The notes under the pieces were generated by a model, which had not been told where the DNA came from, ran no database searches, and saw only the letters and a program-made list of their open reading frames with translations. The position numbers and the translations under genes are program-made. Below, piece by piece: positions 22,096 through 35,212 of a DNA stretch of 60,961 nt. The number at the start of each line of letters is the position of its first letter. Within the stretch, counting starts at the first letter, position 1. Source of the stretch: Nemertoderma westbladi (lineage: Eukaryota; Animalia; Xenacoelomorpha); assembly GCA_032718475.1 (NCBI GenBank), contig JAUCBJ010002088.1, positions 1 through 60,961 of the forward strand, read 5' to 3'.

Positions 22096-25000
22096 AAACT
22101 TGACGTTGGACTTGACTTGAGTTTTAATATTAATAATTCATTGTAGTCTAAATTAAAAATGGACAAGAGTAAAGATAGACATAAACCTCGACTGAGGGTG
22201 GTAATGTGTGAGCCTGGTAATGTGAAATTTAGGCATTGGGAAGACATTGAGAAGTTGATACAGAAACATCCTAAGATAACAATGTTCTTCTCACATTCAA
22301 TTCCTGAAGGGTCAATGATTTATTCACGACTTGTACGCGAATGGGAATTAATTACCTTGGATAACTCCTTATGACATGTCATGAGATAATGCTTCTCTGT
22401 CGAGTTGCTATTGGGCTATCCATTCGTGCTTTGAATGCTCAAGGTTTTTGTTCCCAGACTTGGTCCTGGATTCTGTTTAACTGGGAGTTAGCTGAGATTG
22501 CACTTCGGAAATTAGACTCTATTATGCAGTTGTGTGGACCAATCATGGCCCTGCAACAAAGAAAGTAATTGAGACTTATAATAAGGGTGAAGGAAATTGT
22601 TCATTAATGCTTAGCCTGGAAACAAAAATGTGCAAAGGGGAGATTCTGAAGATAGGGGGGCCTAACTCGACTAGGCCCGAGGGCTGGTTGCATATGTTTG
22701 AGTTAATCTTGTGTCCGTCATCTGGTGTCATGATGACACGCAAGCGCTAACTTACAATTTGTCACCAGTATAGGACCTATCTTATATATATACACCCTAG
22801 GGCTACTTGGTTATCTTTAAGGGGAATGTATCATTCCAGGTTCAAAAAATTGAATTTATTTTTTAATTGATTCTAAATCAAAATTCTTCCCTGATTTTGA
22901 TATTGAAGACCGTTTTGGAATAGCTTCTCTGGTTCTCGAGATATTAGAAGACAAATGAACCATAGATTTAGGGCTTTTCACAAATTTGTTCATAGGACTC
23001 TAAATTTTGAAATTTAAAAAAAGTTAAAAGCTACTCAAAACATATTAAGTAATGAAATCAAATTTTTTTAAATAATATTTTTAATTTTAATAATAATTAT
23101 ATTAATAATTAATAAAAAACATCATAGCATATAACAATATGCCAATTTTGGAGAAAAAATGGGTCTGGCATTCTCAATTTTGAAATTTAAAATGTTAATT
23201 AAAAGATCATAAGTGATGATATTAAAAAAAGTTAAAAGCTACTTAAAACATAATAAGAAGTAATGAAATCAAGTTTTTTAATTCAATGTCAGTCACTCAG
23301 GGTGTACCACAACCATCCACAGACAGTACACCACTACCCACTGCATTGACTAAGATGCCGCTATGTTCAACCTCTCAGAGGAGCGCATCAATGGCATTAC
23401 AAACAAATGCTGCTCTGTAAGAAACGTTTGTTGTTTTCCGTTTGTTAATTTGATCGCTTTAATATAAAACCACTCCTCCGACGTTGAGGAGGCAGACAAT
23501 TTATGTGTTGGGTTCTGATCTCGCCCATTTCTTTGAGGTTGGATGACTGCTACAAGCTTCATGAAAGAATCCTGAATAAGGGAACAGAAGAAAACGAAAC
23601 AGATAGGTTTTATTTCAAGGATATCTGTCTCGATGAAATGCCAATCATGCACCCTGCTAAGTTTATTGCCCGAAGGTCATGGACTATCATCACTGAGACA
23701 GGTATGTCTGACGGCATCAGGCTACAAATGCTGTCAGTATGAGATGAAGAGATTATGAGCCCTGATTTTTGGGCCTACTAGCAACTACTACCGTAGGCCT
23801 ACTGATCTATTACTATTAGGCTACTAGCAACTACTAGCCCTATTGTAGGCCTACTTATCTAATGCTGTTATGGATAAAATGAATATAAATGGAAGAAACA
23901 TACGTATTTCCATGTTCAATACCGGTCGAGGTCGTGGCGTATTGACAATAAATATACCATTTCTTTACACCAAGTATTTGATTCCTTGACCTTCAGGGTC
24001 CCTTTAACTTTGAAAAGCCGACAATTTCATGGTCATCCTTCCTGAAAAACAGCCCGTAATGTAATAATTTTGGGTTTTATAACTTCTAATAATTTGCCCA
24101 CTTTGCCCGGGTATATTTGGAATTTTCATTTGGGATTAATTTATAAATTTGGTGGATACCGTGTGTCGAAAAGAAATAACGCGAATATTTGTGTTCTCTA
24201 ATATATCCTTAAAGCCAAAATACTTAAAACGATCTTGTAAATATACTAAATAATAAGGGCGAGCCTTCTTAGCGCACAATTATAATCAGTAATAGTCGGT
24301 AAAAAATGTAATGTCGGTCTGTAATGAAAAATTCATTCGTAAATAAGTTGATTCAGATAGGTCAGAAGATTAGTCAGTATGTGTGATGAATACAATACTC
24401 CAGGCTACTGATGATAAGAGAGATGCCCAAAAGGCTCTTCTTATATCTAAAGAATGGGGTTATTGCCACTCATTGTTCGGTGAAGCAAAGATGTATGTAT
24501 GCCTCACACGTACTTCAAAAATTGGAGGATGATATTGAGTTGAGTTTACATTGTGATACTACTGACCAGCATTTCTTCCATAAGGATTCTTAACTAAAAC
24601 CACATATGGTAGACAATCCTGAATCTGAAATTAAAAGGGCGAATCTTTATATCTATGTAAGGAAGGGATGCTATAACATAATTGAGATCCAGCGTAATAA
24701 ATTTCTTGCAAATTTTGCTGATCAAAGTAAAGTGAAGTATGCCAAGCATGTTGTAGTATTCCTCTGTAGAGAAAATGATAGTGGAGGATAATGGAGAATG
24801 CTTAATTCTAATTAAAAAAAATATTTTTTTTCGAACATATCCAAGAGTTACAATGCTATTAAAAAAAACTAGTAAAAAAACTATTGTTTTTTTTCAGTTT
24901 ATATATATCGAGCAAAATACCACAACCAGTGTCCAACTAAAAGTAGTAATAAATTAAAACTATTAAAACTTAAAACAACATGAATCATTCTACCAGTCGT

Positions 25001-25584
25001 ACCATTGTACAACCAGTCCTTTCATTATCAGATATTGCAGCTGAGTTTTAGTGAGGAATCGGTTAGTATCTGAAGTGACTGTTAAAATCTAATCTAGACA
25101 TTTCAGTTTCATCTCTAATTTATCTTCCTTCGGGTTTCCATTCATTTGGGTGAGTACATCCGCCTCATTCTCGTCGAATCACCTAAGTTTACCTTAGTCC
25201 ACCATCTAAATTCCTTATCAAACTCCTTATTGTTATACTGGTGAGCAAGATCATATTTTTTAGTTTACCTGAATTATGGTGAGTTGTTATAATTTGTAAT
25301 CTTTAGCTCATAATGATACCACACCAAAGTAAAAGTTGCTATAGATTCTCGTCGAGTCACCTAAGTTTACCTTTAATTAACTATCCTCCCCGTGTGTGAG
25401 CTCATAGATATTACTCATGCCTAGAAAGTAAGATCCTTTGGGATCTCAGAATCCGTGTAATTAATTACCACTGCACCAAGATGACACGGTTGTCAATGAG
25501 TCTATAAAATATAACAACTCAGTATCTTGGTGGTGGTGAATAGAGAACAATCTGAAACAGTGATATTTTGCTGTTTGGATTGTC

Positions 25585-26495
25585 TCATGTTATTGCGACA
25601 CTCTGCTTCGGTTTTGTTCCATTGGCGATAGTCAAGGTCTGGCTAGTGCATAAGGTGTGCTTAGTAGGAGCAATGGGCAATAGTTCCATGGTCATTGAAC
25701 AATACATTTTGCTGCGTATGTTCAATTTATAATATCCATCTTTTCCGTGGATGACTCAAGCTTGGCTTTCATTTTGATCTCGCCATTCAATAGACTATGT
25801 ATTCTTCCTGGTGACAAAGACTTAAAATGCACTGGAAAGCCATTATCAGTGGCCGAACCAAAAGTCAGAGCACTATGCGGATTATTCACTTCGGCAGAAG
25901 TGCCGGTAGTATGCATCCAGGGTGTGTTGATGACATCCTCAAATCGATGTGCACTTTCCACCACCTGGCAATCGTTTCCATTACAGAATACCCATAAATA
26001 AGGCATCATCCCCAAGTGATTGTCACAATGCATCCTAAAAGTTCCTATAGTTGGTAAAGTGCAGTGAGCTTCAGCACTAGTGCCATCATTCTCCATTCTG
26101 CACACCTTCTTGGTACCTCTAATATTGGCAGTGACATCAATGTGCGCCCTGGCTTTCTCCAAGTTCATCACTTCATACTCCCACACGTATTTGCTCGCGG
26201 CTGCTGAGCCGCTGAGCTTGATACAAGTGCACAAAGGTCGTTCACCAAAGAGTCCACAGCCATTCCCCCACCCTCGGGATACCACTCCATTGTGACAAAC
26301 ATCGTGTTCCCTTGGCTTACAATCGGGTGGTGTGCCTCTGGGACACCCCCAATCACTTGTGATCTTGTGGCCTAGTTGGATAGGGTAAACCCTCGAAAAA
26401 GCCCATCCACCATTCATTTCTGCGTCATGGCCGGCTATGTAGAAATTTCTCTTAGGATCAGTCACACGCAGAAACTTGCATTCATCCCCACGCAA
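25585..26495 (-). pseudogene. Endogenous flavivirus-like envelope (E) glycoprotein fragment
   Basis: SRGWGNGCGLFG fusion loop with flanking E cysteines (GCP, VCH, LCTC). After a frameshift near 25740 it continues as SKMYCSMTMELLPIAPTKHTLCT, resembling the domain I/III junction. Confidence 0.9.
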
Positions 26496-27206
26496 ATATA
26501 TTCATAAATTCTTAGCCATAATTCAATAATTAAAATTTGAATAAATCATTACTGCGAGATCAACAAAATTTTTACAAACAAAGTCTATCTATAAGAAGTC
26601 TCAAATAAATGTAATATATTTCAGGCTGAGTGGCATTTCTTCATCAGACATTTACAGTAACAATAACATCCTTTAGCCAAATCAAACAAATAATATAGTA
26701 AACCCTTACATATTTATTTCCTCAAGTAAATTTTGCAAAAAGATGTCAAGCCACACAATTATGTGGATTAAATCTTTTTTGCAAAATTATTTGTGGTTTA
26801 ACACTCTTTGACTATTCACAAATCCAAACTGTGGCTTAACTTTCTTGTATTTTTAAGGCATAACACACTTTGCATAACACTGTCCATATAAAATTTCAAT
26901 AGACTCAACTGTTGGAAATTTGGTAATAAAATAAGGATGACATTGTGTAGCCATAACCTCTAATGCATAGTTGCATTCTTGTATGAGCTGCTAATGAGCT
27001 GCAGCTACTGTTTGGCAGCCTCATGGAGTGAATAAGCATGGTGGACAGCCCATGACTTTCTTGAGACGCATCTTAAAGGACACTGGCCTTGAAGATGCGG
27101 ATGATCTAGGAAATGTCATGGGTGATAGGGAGTTGTGGCGGTGCAATTTTGTCGATAAGCCGGCACAGCATTCTTAAAAATCCAGCTGCAATGCAGCATG
27201 CCGATC

Positions 27207-27661
27207 CTAGTAGTAGTAGCTACTGTAATCGGCTTGAGCTTTTCTAGAGGTGATATCATTGAATGATAATAAAACCTATCCAATAAATCGAGTAGATCAT
27301 CTTTATCAAACTCGCTTAATTCACCAGTCAGAGCCCTCTGGACAACTTCACAAGCTGAGATGGATAAATATGTGTAGAAGGAATGTAGCAGAATGGAATC
27401 ATTAAGCGCCTCTTCACCATGCACTAAGCATATAAAAAATGGTGGGGCTAACTGTAGCGGAAAGAATTTACAATCTAAGAATCCTTTGACCAATATGAGC
27501 CCTATACTCTGCCATTCCTCCAAGCCATACTCGGAGTTTAAAGCTGGAACCTGGTAAACCTCCCCGTCCTCTGAACCATTAAAAAATGCTTCCCAGAAAG
27601 CTGAGTATGCTTCCCTCGAAATACCATCCATATCAGCACCCATTTCTTCAATGAACTCCAT
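27207..27661 (-). pseudogene. HECT-like (G2E3-type) domain fragment
   Basis: EFIEEMGADMDGISREAYSAFW matches the HECT N-lobe F-x2-E-x-G-x-D-x2-G-x2-RE motif; IGLILVKG...FPLQLAPPF; C-lobe absent. Confidence 0.65.
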
Positions 27662-28379
27662 TTTTATTGATATATCATATCAGCCAATACGTTACTAAGG
27701 GTCTCCTCTTTTAGAAGAAACGGTTCTTCATTATCGACAATATACTCAGGGGACTCGACCAATCCAAGGCTGTTATCAAAACGAAATCTTGATGGAGGTT
27801 TAACACCATCACGCGGACAGAGTAAATATCCCTCATGCTCGTCTGTGGGCACTGGTTGGTTACAGACATCTACAAGAATCACAACAGGAGTTTCCCTAAT
27901 TTCATCCTCATATATTTCGATGAAATTCTGAGTTGGAATCAAAGAATCTCCAACTTACTTATTTAACATTATTACAACTTACTTAACATACTTCATTGGA
28001 AATTCATTAGTTAGTTAGTAATTAGGAAATTAATAGTTTAGATTGAGACTTTCTGCCTGTACGATGAGACTTTTTATGCAGGTATAGTTTTTCAAGCGCC
28101 TATTATAATACTGGCAGACCGGTACACTTGTCTACCGGTAGTAAGCTGGTTATCTAAGATTTGTAAATCCAGTAGCGGTCCTGCAGTATACCTAGTGCCA
28201 CGCAGTGGGTTTAATGACTTAATTTGAAGGACCAGCTGACTGGTACAAACTACCACAATACAGCAAATAAGAATAAACTAATATAACATAACAACAACTG
28301 AACAATAAAAAATGGCAATACTGTAATATGATATGAGCAGTAGAGCAATACAACACTGACATTGCTATGAAGGCCATGG

Positions 28380-29909
28380 TATGTACAGATTGTTGATGAC
28401 ATTATTGCGAAGGAAGTAAACTCTGGATACCTAGAAGGACCTTTTCTGACCCTACCAAACATTACAACCAACACTTTTCTAAATGTCATTAATCCTCTGA
28501 CCCTCAGTCAAATTCCAGGCAAAAGACCCGCCTATGTGTAGACTTCTCCAATGATAGAAAAGGAACTGTCAACAGCTTTATTTCGGATGAGGATTCCACT
28601 GTGTCATATACAACAATCGATACGATTGTTCGAAACATAATTAGTTCAGGTGATGGCACACTGATTGCCAAGTTGGACGTTAAGGATGCCTTTAAGATTA
28701 TCCCAGTCTCCAAATTAGACTGGCATCTCTTAGGTATACAGTGGCGAGATTTTTATTTTGTTTATACTAGATTAGTTTTTGGGTTAAGATCTGCCAGTCG
28801 GATATTCCAGAACTATAGCACCCTGGTGAGAAACGTCATTTATGAGCGTCTTTCTGAGACGAACTGCCCTGCTGAACATATGAAATTACTTGCAACTGAA
28901 CAAAGAGAGTTGTCACTTGCATCAGTAGCAGACGTCGATCATCTTTTAGATGATTTTATTATAGTTACAGTAGATGTGCCTGCCCTTGCAGACCACATTT
29001 TAGACATGGTCATAGACTTGTTCAGTAGGTATAACATACCTTTAAATGAACATAAATTATTCCGTCTGGCTAAACATCAAATTGTATTTGGTATAGGCAT
29101 CGACACGTCAACCATGAAGTTTTTTATACTTGATGATAAGAAAGAAAGGGCAAACTCTGAAATCCAGCGTTTTTCAACAACAAGCGAGACTTAGCGAGAT
29201 TAACAAGCGAGAATTGCAGAGCCTTATAGGTCGGCTCTCTTTTTTATCTAAAGCAGTATGTGCAAGTAGGACATTCCTGTGGAGGTTGATAGATGCAACA
29301 TGTGTTCCACATCAACAAAAGATGATTAGCATTCCAGACAACTTGCATGAAGACCTTGACTATTGGAAGTTGGCTCTGGACTGTGTAGAGCAACATAGGG
29401 CACCTTTACAGAACCCTGTCATGATTAAACCTAGCCAACATAATATGGCTACCGATGCTTCAGGCTATGGGCTAGGAGCGGTTCATAGCAAACAATGGTT
29501 TGCATTACAGCTTTCGAATGACATAGTGAGTGGATATCCAATAGCCATTAAGGAAATGGCTGCCATTGTGTTAGCTACTGCAGTATTTGGATGTGCCTTT
29601 ACAGGGTCACGGCTGCTATTACACAGTGATAGTGAAACAGTCCTGAATGCCATGGTCAAGGGTGCATCAAGCAATAACTACCTCATGGATTTGATTAGAT
29701 ATTTATTGCAAGTCTGTACTAGATACGGCATTATGATTTTCTGCCAACACATCAGATCCCATGACAATTTAGGACCCGACCTGCTAAGCAAATTAAAGAT
29801 CGATTCGTTTAAACGACTGTTTCCACAAATGGAGGACGAACCAACTGTAGTTTTACAGGAATGGAAACACATTAAAAAATTGCTAATCCCTAAGGATTGC
29901 ACCAAGTAA
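28380..29909 (+). pseudogene. DIRS-type reverse transcriptase and RNase H, frameshifted
   Basis: KEVNSGYLEGPF, AKLDVKDAFKIIPV, LVFGLRSA, HLLDDF; RNase H TDASGYG, IAIKEM, HSDS, DNLGPDLLSK. Confidence 0.9.
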
Positions 29910-30103
29910 TTACACACTCTTTAATTTGTGATTTGATTAGATCACCTTGTGTTTAACTAGTTTCACCTCTGTCTAACAATAGTTTTATTACACATATATT
30001 CATATTACATTATTATGGTATTTGGTATACACAGCGATATGTGAGAAGCTACATATACAGCTATATTATATATAACATAATAATTGATATATATTCATGA
30101 ACT

Positions 30104-31155
30104 ATGAATCCTGATGTTTCATATCCGGTGGGATCTCTCTGCCAAACTCTACATTCCGGTGAGTGGCAGAAGTTGGCTATAAATCAGACATCTAATCAGA
30201 AAGTATGGGAGAAAATCTCACTGACCACCGACGTTTTATCGAAGTTAACAACAGATCAACCATTAACAATCACGGGAGTGCGTTATGAAATGGCTCAGTC
30301 AAAGGATGGACTGAAAATGTTCCTGCCAATTCAAGCGGCATCAATGAGTGGAGATATCGATTCTATTCACTCAGCAGCTAGTCTGCAACAGCTAAACGAA
30401 ACCTCCGATCTAAATAAACTGGTGGAACTAATGGTTAAAGTCGCAAATGGAGGCCATGCAGCTGGCAACATTCAGACACATGAAAATTCAGGTCATATTG
30501 AGATTAAGTCAAAGGTGGTTTTACCTGCAATTCTGTCATGCACACGACCTTTAGATGAAGCAATTATAGACAAATTACGTGTGCAACATAAATTTGTGAA
30601 TTTAGCTGAACTGGCAGAGCGCCATGAGACCAATGGGAAACCTGGCAATAATGCCGAACTTGAATCGACAGGGTCACTCCTCAATTGTCTAGCGCTCTTC
30701 TGTAGCTATAAAAGCGAGTTGTTTCCTGAGGATTCAGCTTCAATATGGACGTACTACCGTCACATTCTAGAGATTGCTCTGATTTATACCTTTGGGTATA
30801 TTCAAAGAATGGATAGAGACCATTGACTCTATGTTCAGGCAGCAAAGGGAGAATGGGGGCGCCCTCTTACTACTATGACTACATGTCTCACTGTATGAAT
30901 TGCGACAAACAGCACCTAGGTAGCTGCGTACGCTGGGAAGCTGTGAAGCGTTTCAACAAGCCACGTCCAAGCATGTCAGACAGCTTCCGGAAGGGTGTAA
31001 TATGTCATCATTGCGGTCGTGAAGGCCACTATCGTTTCGATTGTCGCAGCCGTTGTCGTCATTTTGACGATTCGGACATTCAAGAGACAAGTAGCTCACG
31101 TAACGACGGATATAACGCACCTGATAGTCAATGCCTATCAGTCAGGATCCTCTAA
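30104..31155 (+). pseudogene. DIRS/Ngaro gag-like ORF with zinc knuckle
   Basis: FVNLAEL...FPEDSASIWTYYRHILEIA...MDRDH pattern, then CHHCGREGHYRFDC in the next frame. Confidence 0.6.
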
Positions 31156-31602
31156 CCACGATAGGGCATATATACCCACAATCAAGACTCAGCCAAAGAA
31201 AGCTCTTGGGAATCAATACATACAGCAGGGGTAAGCACCCAGCTTTCCCTACTAACTGGAGTAGATAATCACAAGAGAAAGTACCTAATATATATACTAC
31301 AAGTGATGTTCTATCATTGAGTACACACTCAATTATAAATAAACCTCTGAGTAGGTATTAATAATCTGTTGATGAATTGTTATTATGCATGGTCTAACTG
31401 TATTCGGTGTGTTTCATATCTAGTTAAGTTTAGTTTTAATGTCTATATTATTCAGACTATAGGACTTTAAATTTGTGTTATGTACTATATCACAGCTGTT
31501 ATGCGTTGAATATAAACATTATATGCATGTAAATAAACACATCTTTAAAATTTCTAACTCATACTGGTAATTCATTATCCATGTTGAAAGGTAGTCCTGT
31601 AG

Positions 31603-32435
31603 ATGTCCAAAGGAAATAGTAATATCATGTCTGACATTGGTCAAATCATACCATTAGATGTGGCTGTGCCATCCAACAAAGGCCTCAGACAATCAACAAA
31701 TGAGAAATATGACAGAGCGTGGAAAAAGTACAAACTATACTGCGCGTTGGCTCACATACATGCAGTTCCAGTCAATGATAAAACAATAGAAACTTTCATT
31801 ATCCTGGCGCATTTCAATGGATATCGTGCGTCATCAATATGGTCGTTTCTATCTGGGATTAGAAGTGTCGCTATGGTAACGGGTGTCTTGGGAGAAATAA
31901 ACAATGTAAACACTTACAGAATGTTACGAGGTGCTGAGTCAGTTGAAGCGCCTTCAATTGTTGCCAAACCAATATCTCTACAACATTTGCAAAATCTTCT
32001 AGACGGTATCTCGAGATTGGATATAAAAAGGCTAGACAAACAAATGCACTACGCAGTTTTTTGTTTAGCTTTCTTTAGTGGGATGCGTGTGTCTGAGTAT
32101 GTCAATCTGGATAGATCCGATGTTGTTGTAACAGGTCATCTGATTACCATTAAGTTAAAGCGATCGAAAACTTCCATGAGTGGTCACGTCTTTCCAGTGG
32201 CAAAGGTAGGGGGTGCAATTTGTCCACATAAACGTGTCAAAACTTACCTTAGATACCGGGACTCTGTGATGTTACCAAACATGAAATTGTTCAAGTTTTG
32301 CGAAGGTATACCATTGCGCGCACAGAAAGTGAACTGCATCGTTAGAGATATTTTAGGGCCAGGATACTCGAGTCACAGTTTCTGATCAGGACTTGCCACA
32401 GAAGCGTCCAGAGCGGGACTACCAACTACCATCAA
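31603..32435 (+). pseudogene. DIRS-type tyrosine recombinase with nonsense codon, truncated
   Basis: FFSGMRVSEY, KRSKT, ICP, SHSF*SGLAT (stop at the catalytic Arg of HxxR); the catalytic Tyr region is missing. Confidence 0.88.
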
Positions 32436-32620
32436 TAATAAATAATTTTTACTCTAAGTGCCAAGTGTTATTTGGATACTTGTACTTAAATTTCCATTTA
32501 AACGCATAATTAATTTTTTATACATTCTGAATACTTATACTTATATTATTTCATCAGTATATTACGTATTATTTGATTTGATTTATAAAGTATATTATTT
32601 CTTGATTATTTGACTATTAT

Positions 32621-33466
32621 TTGATTATTATATTATTTATTGATCTTGCTCAATATGTTAACTCGGAAGTGACTACCGCCATATCTGCTAACATTATGAA
32701 ACTACCAGTTATTGGACATTACGATGATCTATCGGACATGCAAACCCACATAAATGGTCTTATCTTCCATAATACTGGGATGCGAGAGTGTGTTCTGAAG
32801 AACATGCGACTAGGGGAATTTAGGAATTCAACTGTTAATCAAGCTGAAGGAGAAGCCGTTATTAGAGTACACCGACACAAGACGGCCGACACATACGGCC
32901 CAGCCGATTTAACATTAAAGCTGGACTTATTTAAACTTTTGTGTAAGTGGGTTAAGTTCGGGCGGTATTTATATTGTGGGAAGAAATTAGAAAACGATTC
33001 ATTGTTTGTATTTATTCAACGAAATGGAGAGCGTTTATCCAGTTCCAGCGCACAGCTGAACCGTCTGTGGCAAAAGGTAATCCCTGGATCAAGTAAGAAG
33101 GCGGGTGCAACTAGCATACGACATTCATACAGCTCGTTTAATCAACAGTATCCTGGACAAGAATGTCACGTTGAGGGGGCTGCAATGCAGATGGGGCATT
33201 CAGGTGTTACTCAGCATCGAATGTATGACGCCGTTAAGACAGCATCACATGCTATCTCAGGAACGAGAAGATTCAGAAATGCCCGTGAATATGCTTCGCG
33301 AGAAATGGTTCCAACTCGTAACAGTATTCCACCCTCTCAAGAAACGATTGGATCAGTTCTAGGTCACCAAGAAACGGGTGAAACAGTTCCAGGTCGCCAA
33401 GAAACGGATGAAACAGTTCCAGGTCGCCAAGAAACGGATGAAACAGTTCAGGGAGGGCATCCCTGA
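32621..33466 (+). pseudogene. Crypton-like tyrosine recombinase, C-terminal catalytic part
   Basis: NTGMR, HKTADTYGPA, TSIRH, MGHSGVTQHRMY supply the R, K, R, H and Y residues; no clear start; ends in three 30-bp repeats. Confidence 0.75.
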
Positions 33467-33965
33467 ATAGGTGATGTAGCCTGTTCTTACGTACCAAACA
33501 ATGTGGACCTGTAAAGGGGTGTACATGTACAATCCACAGTGGGCATTGTTCGACAGTGGTAACAGGGTCGCATGGGGGGGGGGGGGGGGGGTATTGACTT
33601 TTCATAGAAAAACACGTGTAATAGATTGAAAGAGTTGGGTTGGGGAGGGGTCTATATGCTTCCATGACATATAACTTCGTTGCTTTTTGTCAGTGATGGC
33701 GATTTAAGTGGGGAACGTGGTGATTTCTGGATTGATACAGAATCCATTCCTTCGTTGGAAATCATACTAGATGTGGCACTATCGGATATGGCAGCAGAGG
33801 TAGATGCAGCTGTAGTGTTAGCAAGGGATGTAGCACTCCCCAGCCCAGCTCTGCTATTATGATTAAGGACCTTGTGAAGGGCAGAGTGGCCCTCGAACAT
33901 ATCCTGAGCATCCTGCATTTGTTGCTCCCCTGTCTTGGCCATTGACTTAAGTAAGTCCATGGGCA

Positions 33966-35212
33966 TTAAATTTTTTTCACAGTGGAAAATATGTAGTTCC
34001 TATCGCGGGTTATTGTACTATGGCAGAGGTAACTCGCTAGACTATTCGTTGTGGAATCACAAGGAATTACTGAGGCTGCCGTTTCCATCACCTTTCTCAC
34101 ATTGGTTACCGATGGACAATATGATAATTGAAAATGATTATGGAGCCTTGCTATTTCCTGTGTTACTGAAGACCCATATATATTGCCACAGGAATTCACG
34201 AATACATATTCACAATTTGGTGACCCCGGCAGTTGCTTGACAGTTTTAATATATGATTCAATCATACTAAACGTATCTGCCTCAATTACAACACCTGCAT
34301 GCGATGATGTGTTTGTTTTGTGATTTGCCACAAGTAATAGATGCTGGTTTGATGGGGAATCAAAGGCTTTATTTATGTGTTGATCGTTGAAACTCAGAGT
34401 TTCATGCAGCCAGCCACACTTGGCCTCTGCTGCTCACCAATACATATATGACACATCATGTATCTTACAACGAGGACATTCTTACATTCCTGCATATAAC
34501 CGGTGCATCTCGAATGTCTTTGTTATTTATCACTTCTAAGTCATCCGCAGGTTTTATATCATGACATTTCTGAAGGGAGTCTTTATCACTTCTAAGTCAT
34601 CCGCAGGTTTTATATCATGACATTTCTGAAGGGAGTCTATCTCCCTCGCTTGGGATTCTTTAGCTTCCCATACACGGACTACCTTGGAGCGGTATCTCCT
34701 GATGGCCTTCAGGGTGTGATTAAAACTATCAGACTGCAGTAAAGATGTCCGATTGGATTCTGTCTCCATAAGCCGAAACTCGAAGTATGAAATGAATGCC
34801 AGCGAAGTTTGTAGAATTTGAATAGAATCACTGAAAACCCATTTCAACGTTGTTTTGGGCCTTTTTGTATTTGATAGGCCATTCTTGAGACCTTATACAA
34901 CTGATCTACTATACATTTTTTTGATGTCTTCTGCTGCTGCTCTAAAGATTATTTCCATCGTAACAGTTCAGTGGAACTATCCACACTGAACCTTTGATAG
35001 TACCTCTCCCTCTGTAGATTCCCCGTTGTTGTACCTTCTTTAAAGTAATAAGATGGTTCTACAATATTATCCACAATTATTGCATCTTCTTTTGGCTCAC
35101 TGTCCGATTCCAATATGGCACAATTTCGTAGCCATTTTGGATTCGGAGAATTTGCAAAAAGAGTCCTTTTTGCTGAATTTAGAGAAGCAGTAGAATCACA
35201 TCGATCTTCCAT
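33966..35212 (-). pseudogene. Second Crypton-like tyrosine recombinase remnant, convergent
   Basis: NHKT, YVFVN, TNVRK, LCHSTITRDRNY in 33966-34331; co-oriented upstream fragments 34554-34847 and 34949-35212; a ~56-bp tandem duplication near 34526-34638. Confidence 0.65.

Larger units (their letters stand above)
28380..32435 (+). mobile_element. Decayed tyrosine-recombinase retrotransposon (DIRS order, Ngaro/PAT-like); termini not identified
   Basis: Co-oriented RT, RNase H, gag-like and YR frames with frameshifts and stops. Confidence 0.85.

Noticed and set aside
24411-24791. Possible SWIM-finger transposase remnant
   Set aside because: The Cys/His pattern is incomplete; too weak to call.
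25585-26495. Flavivirus E as the envelope gene of the BEL element
   Set aside because: It lies 4.7 kb outside the 3' LTR, on the opposite strand, and is truncated.
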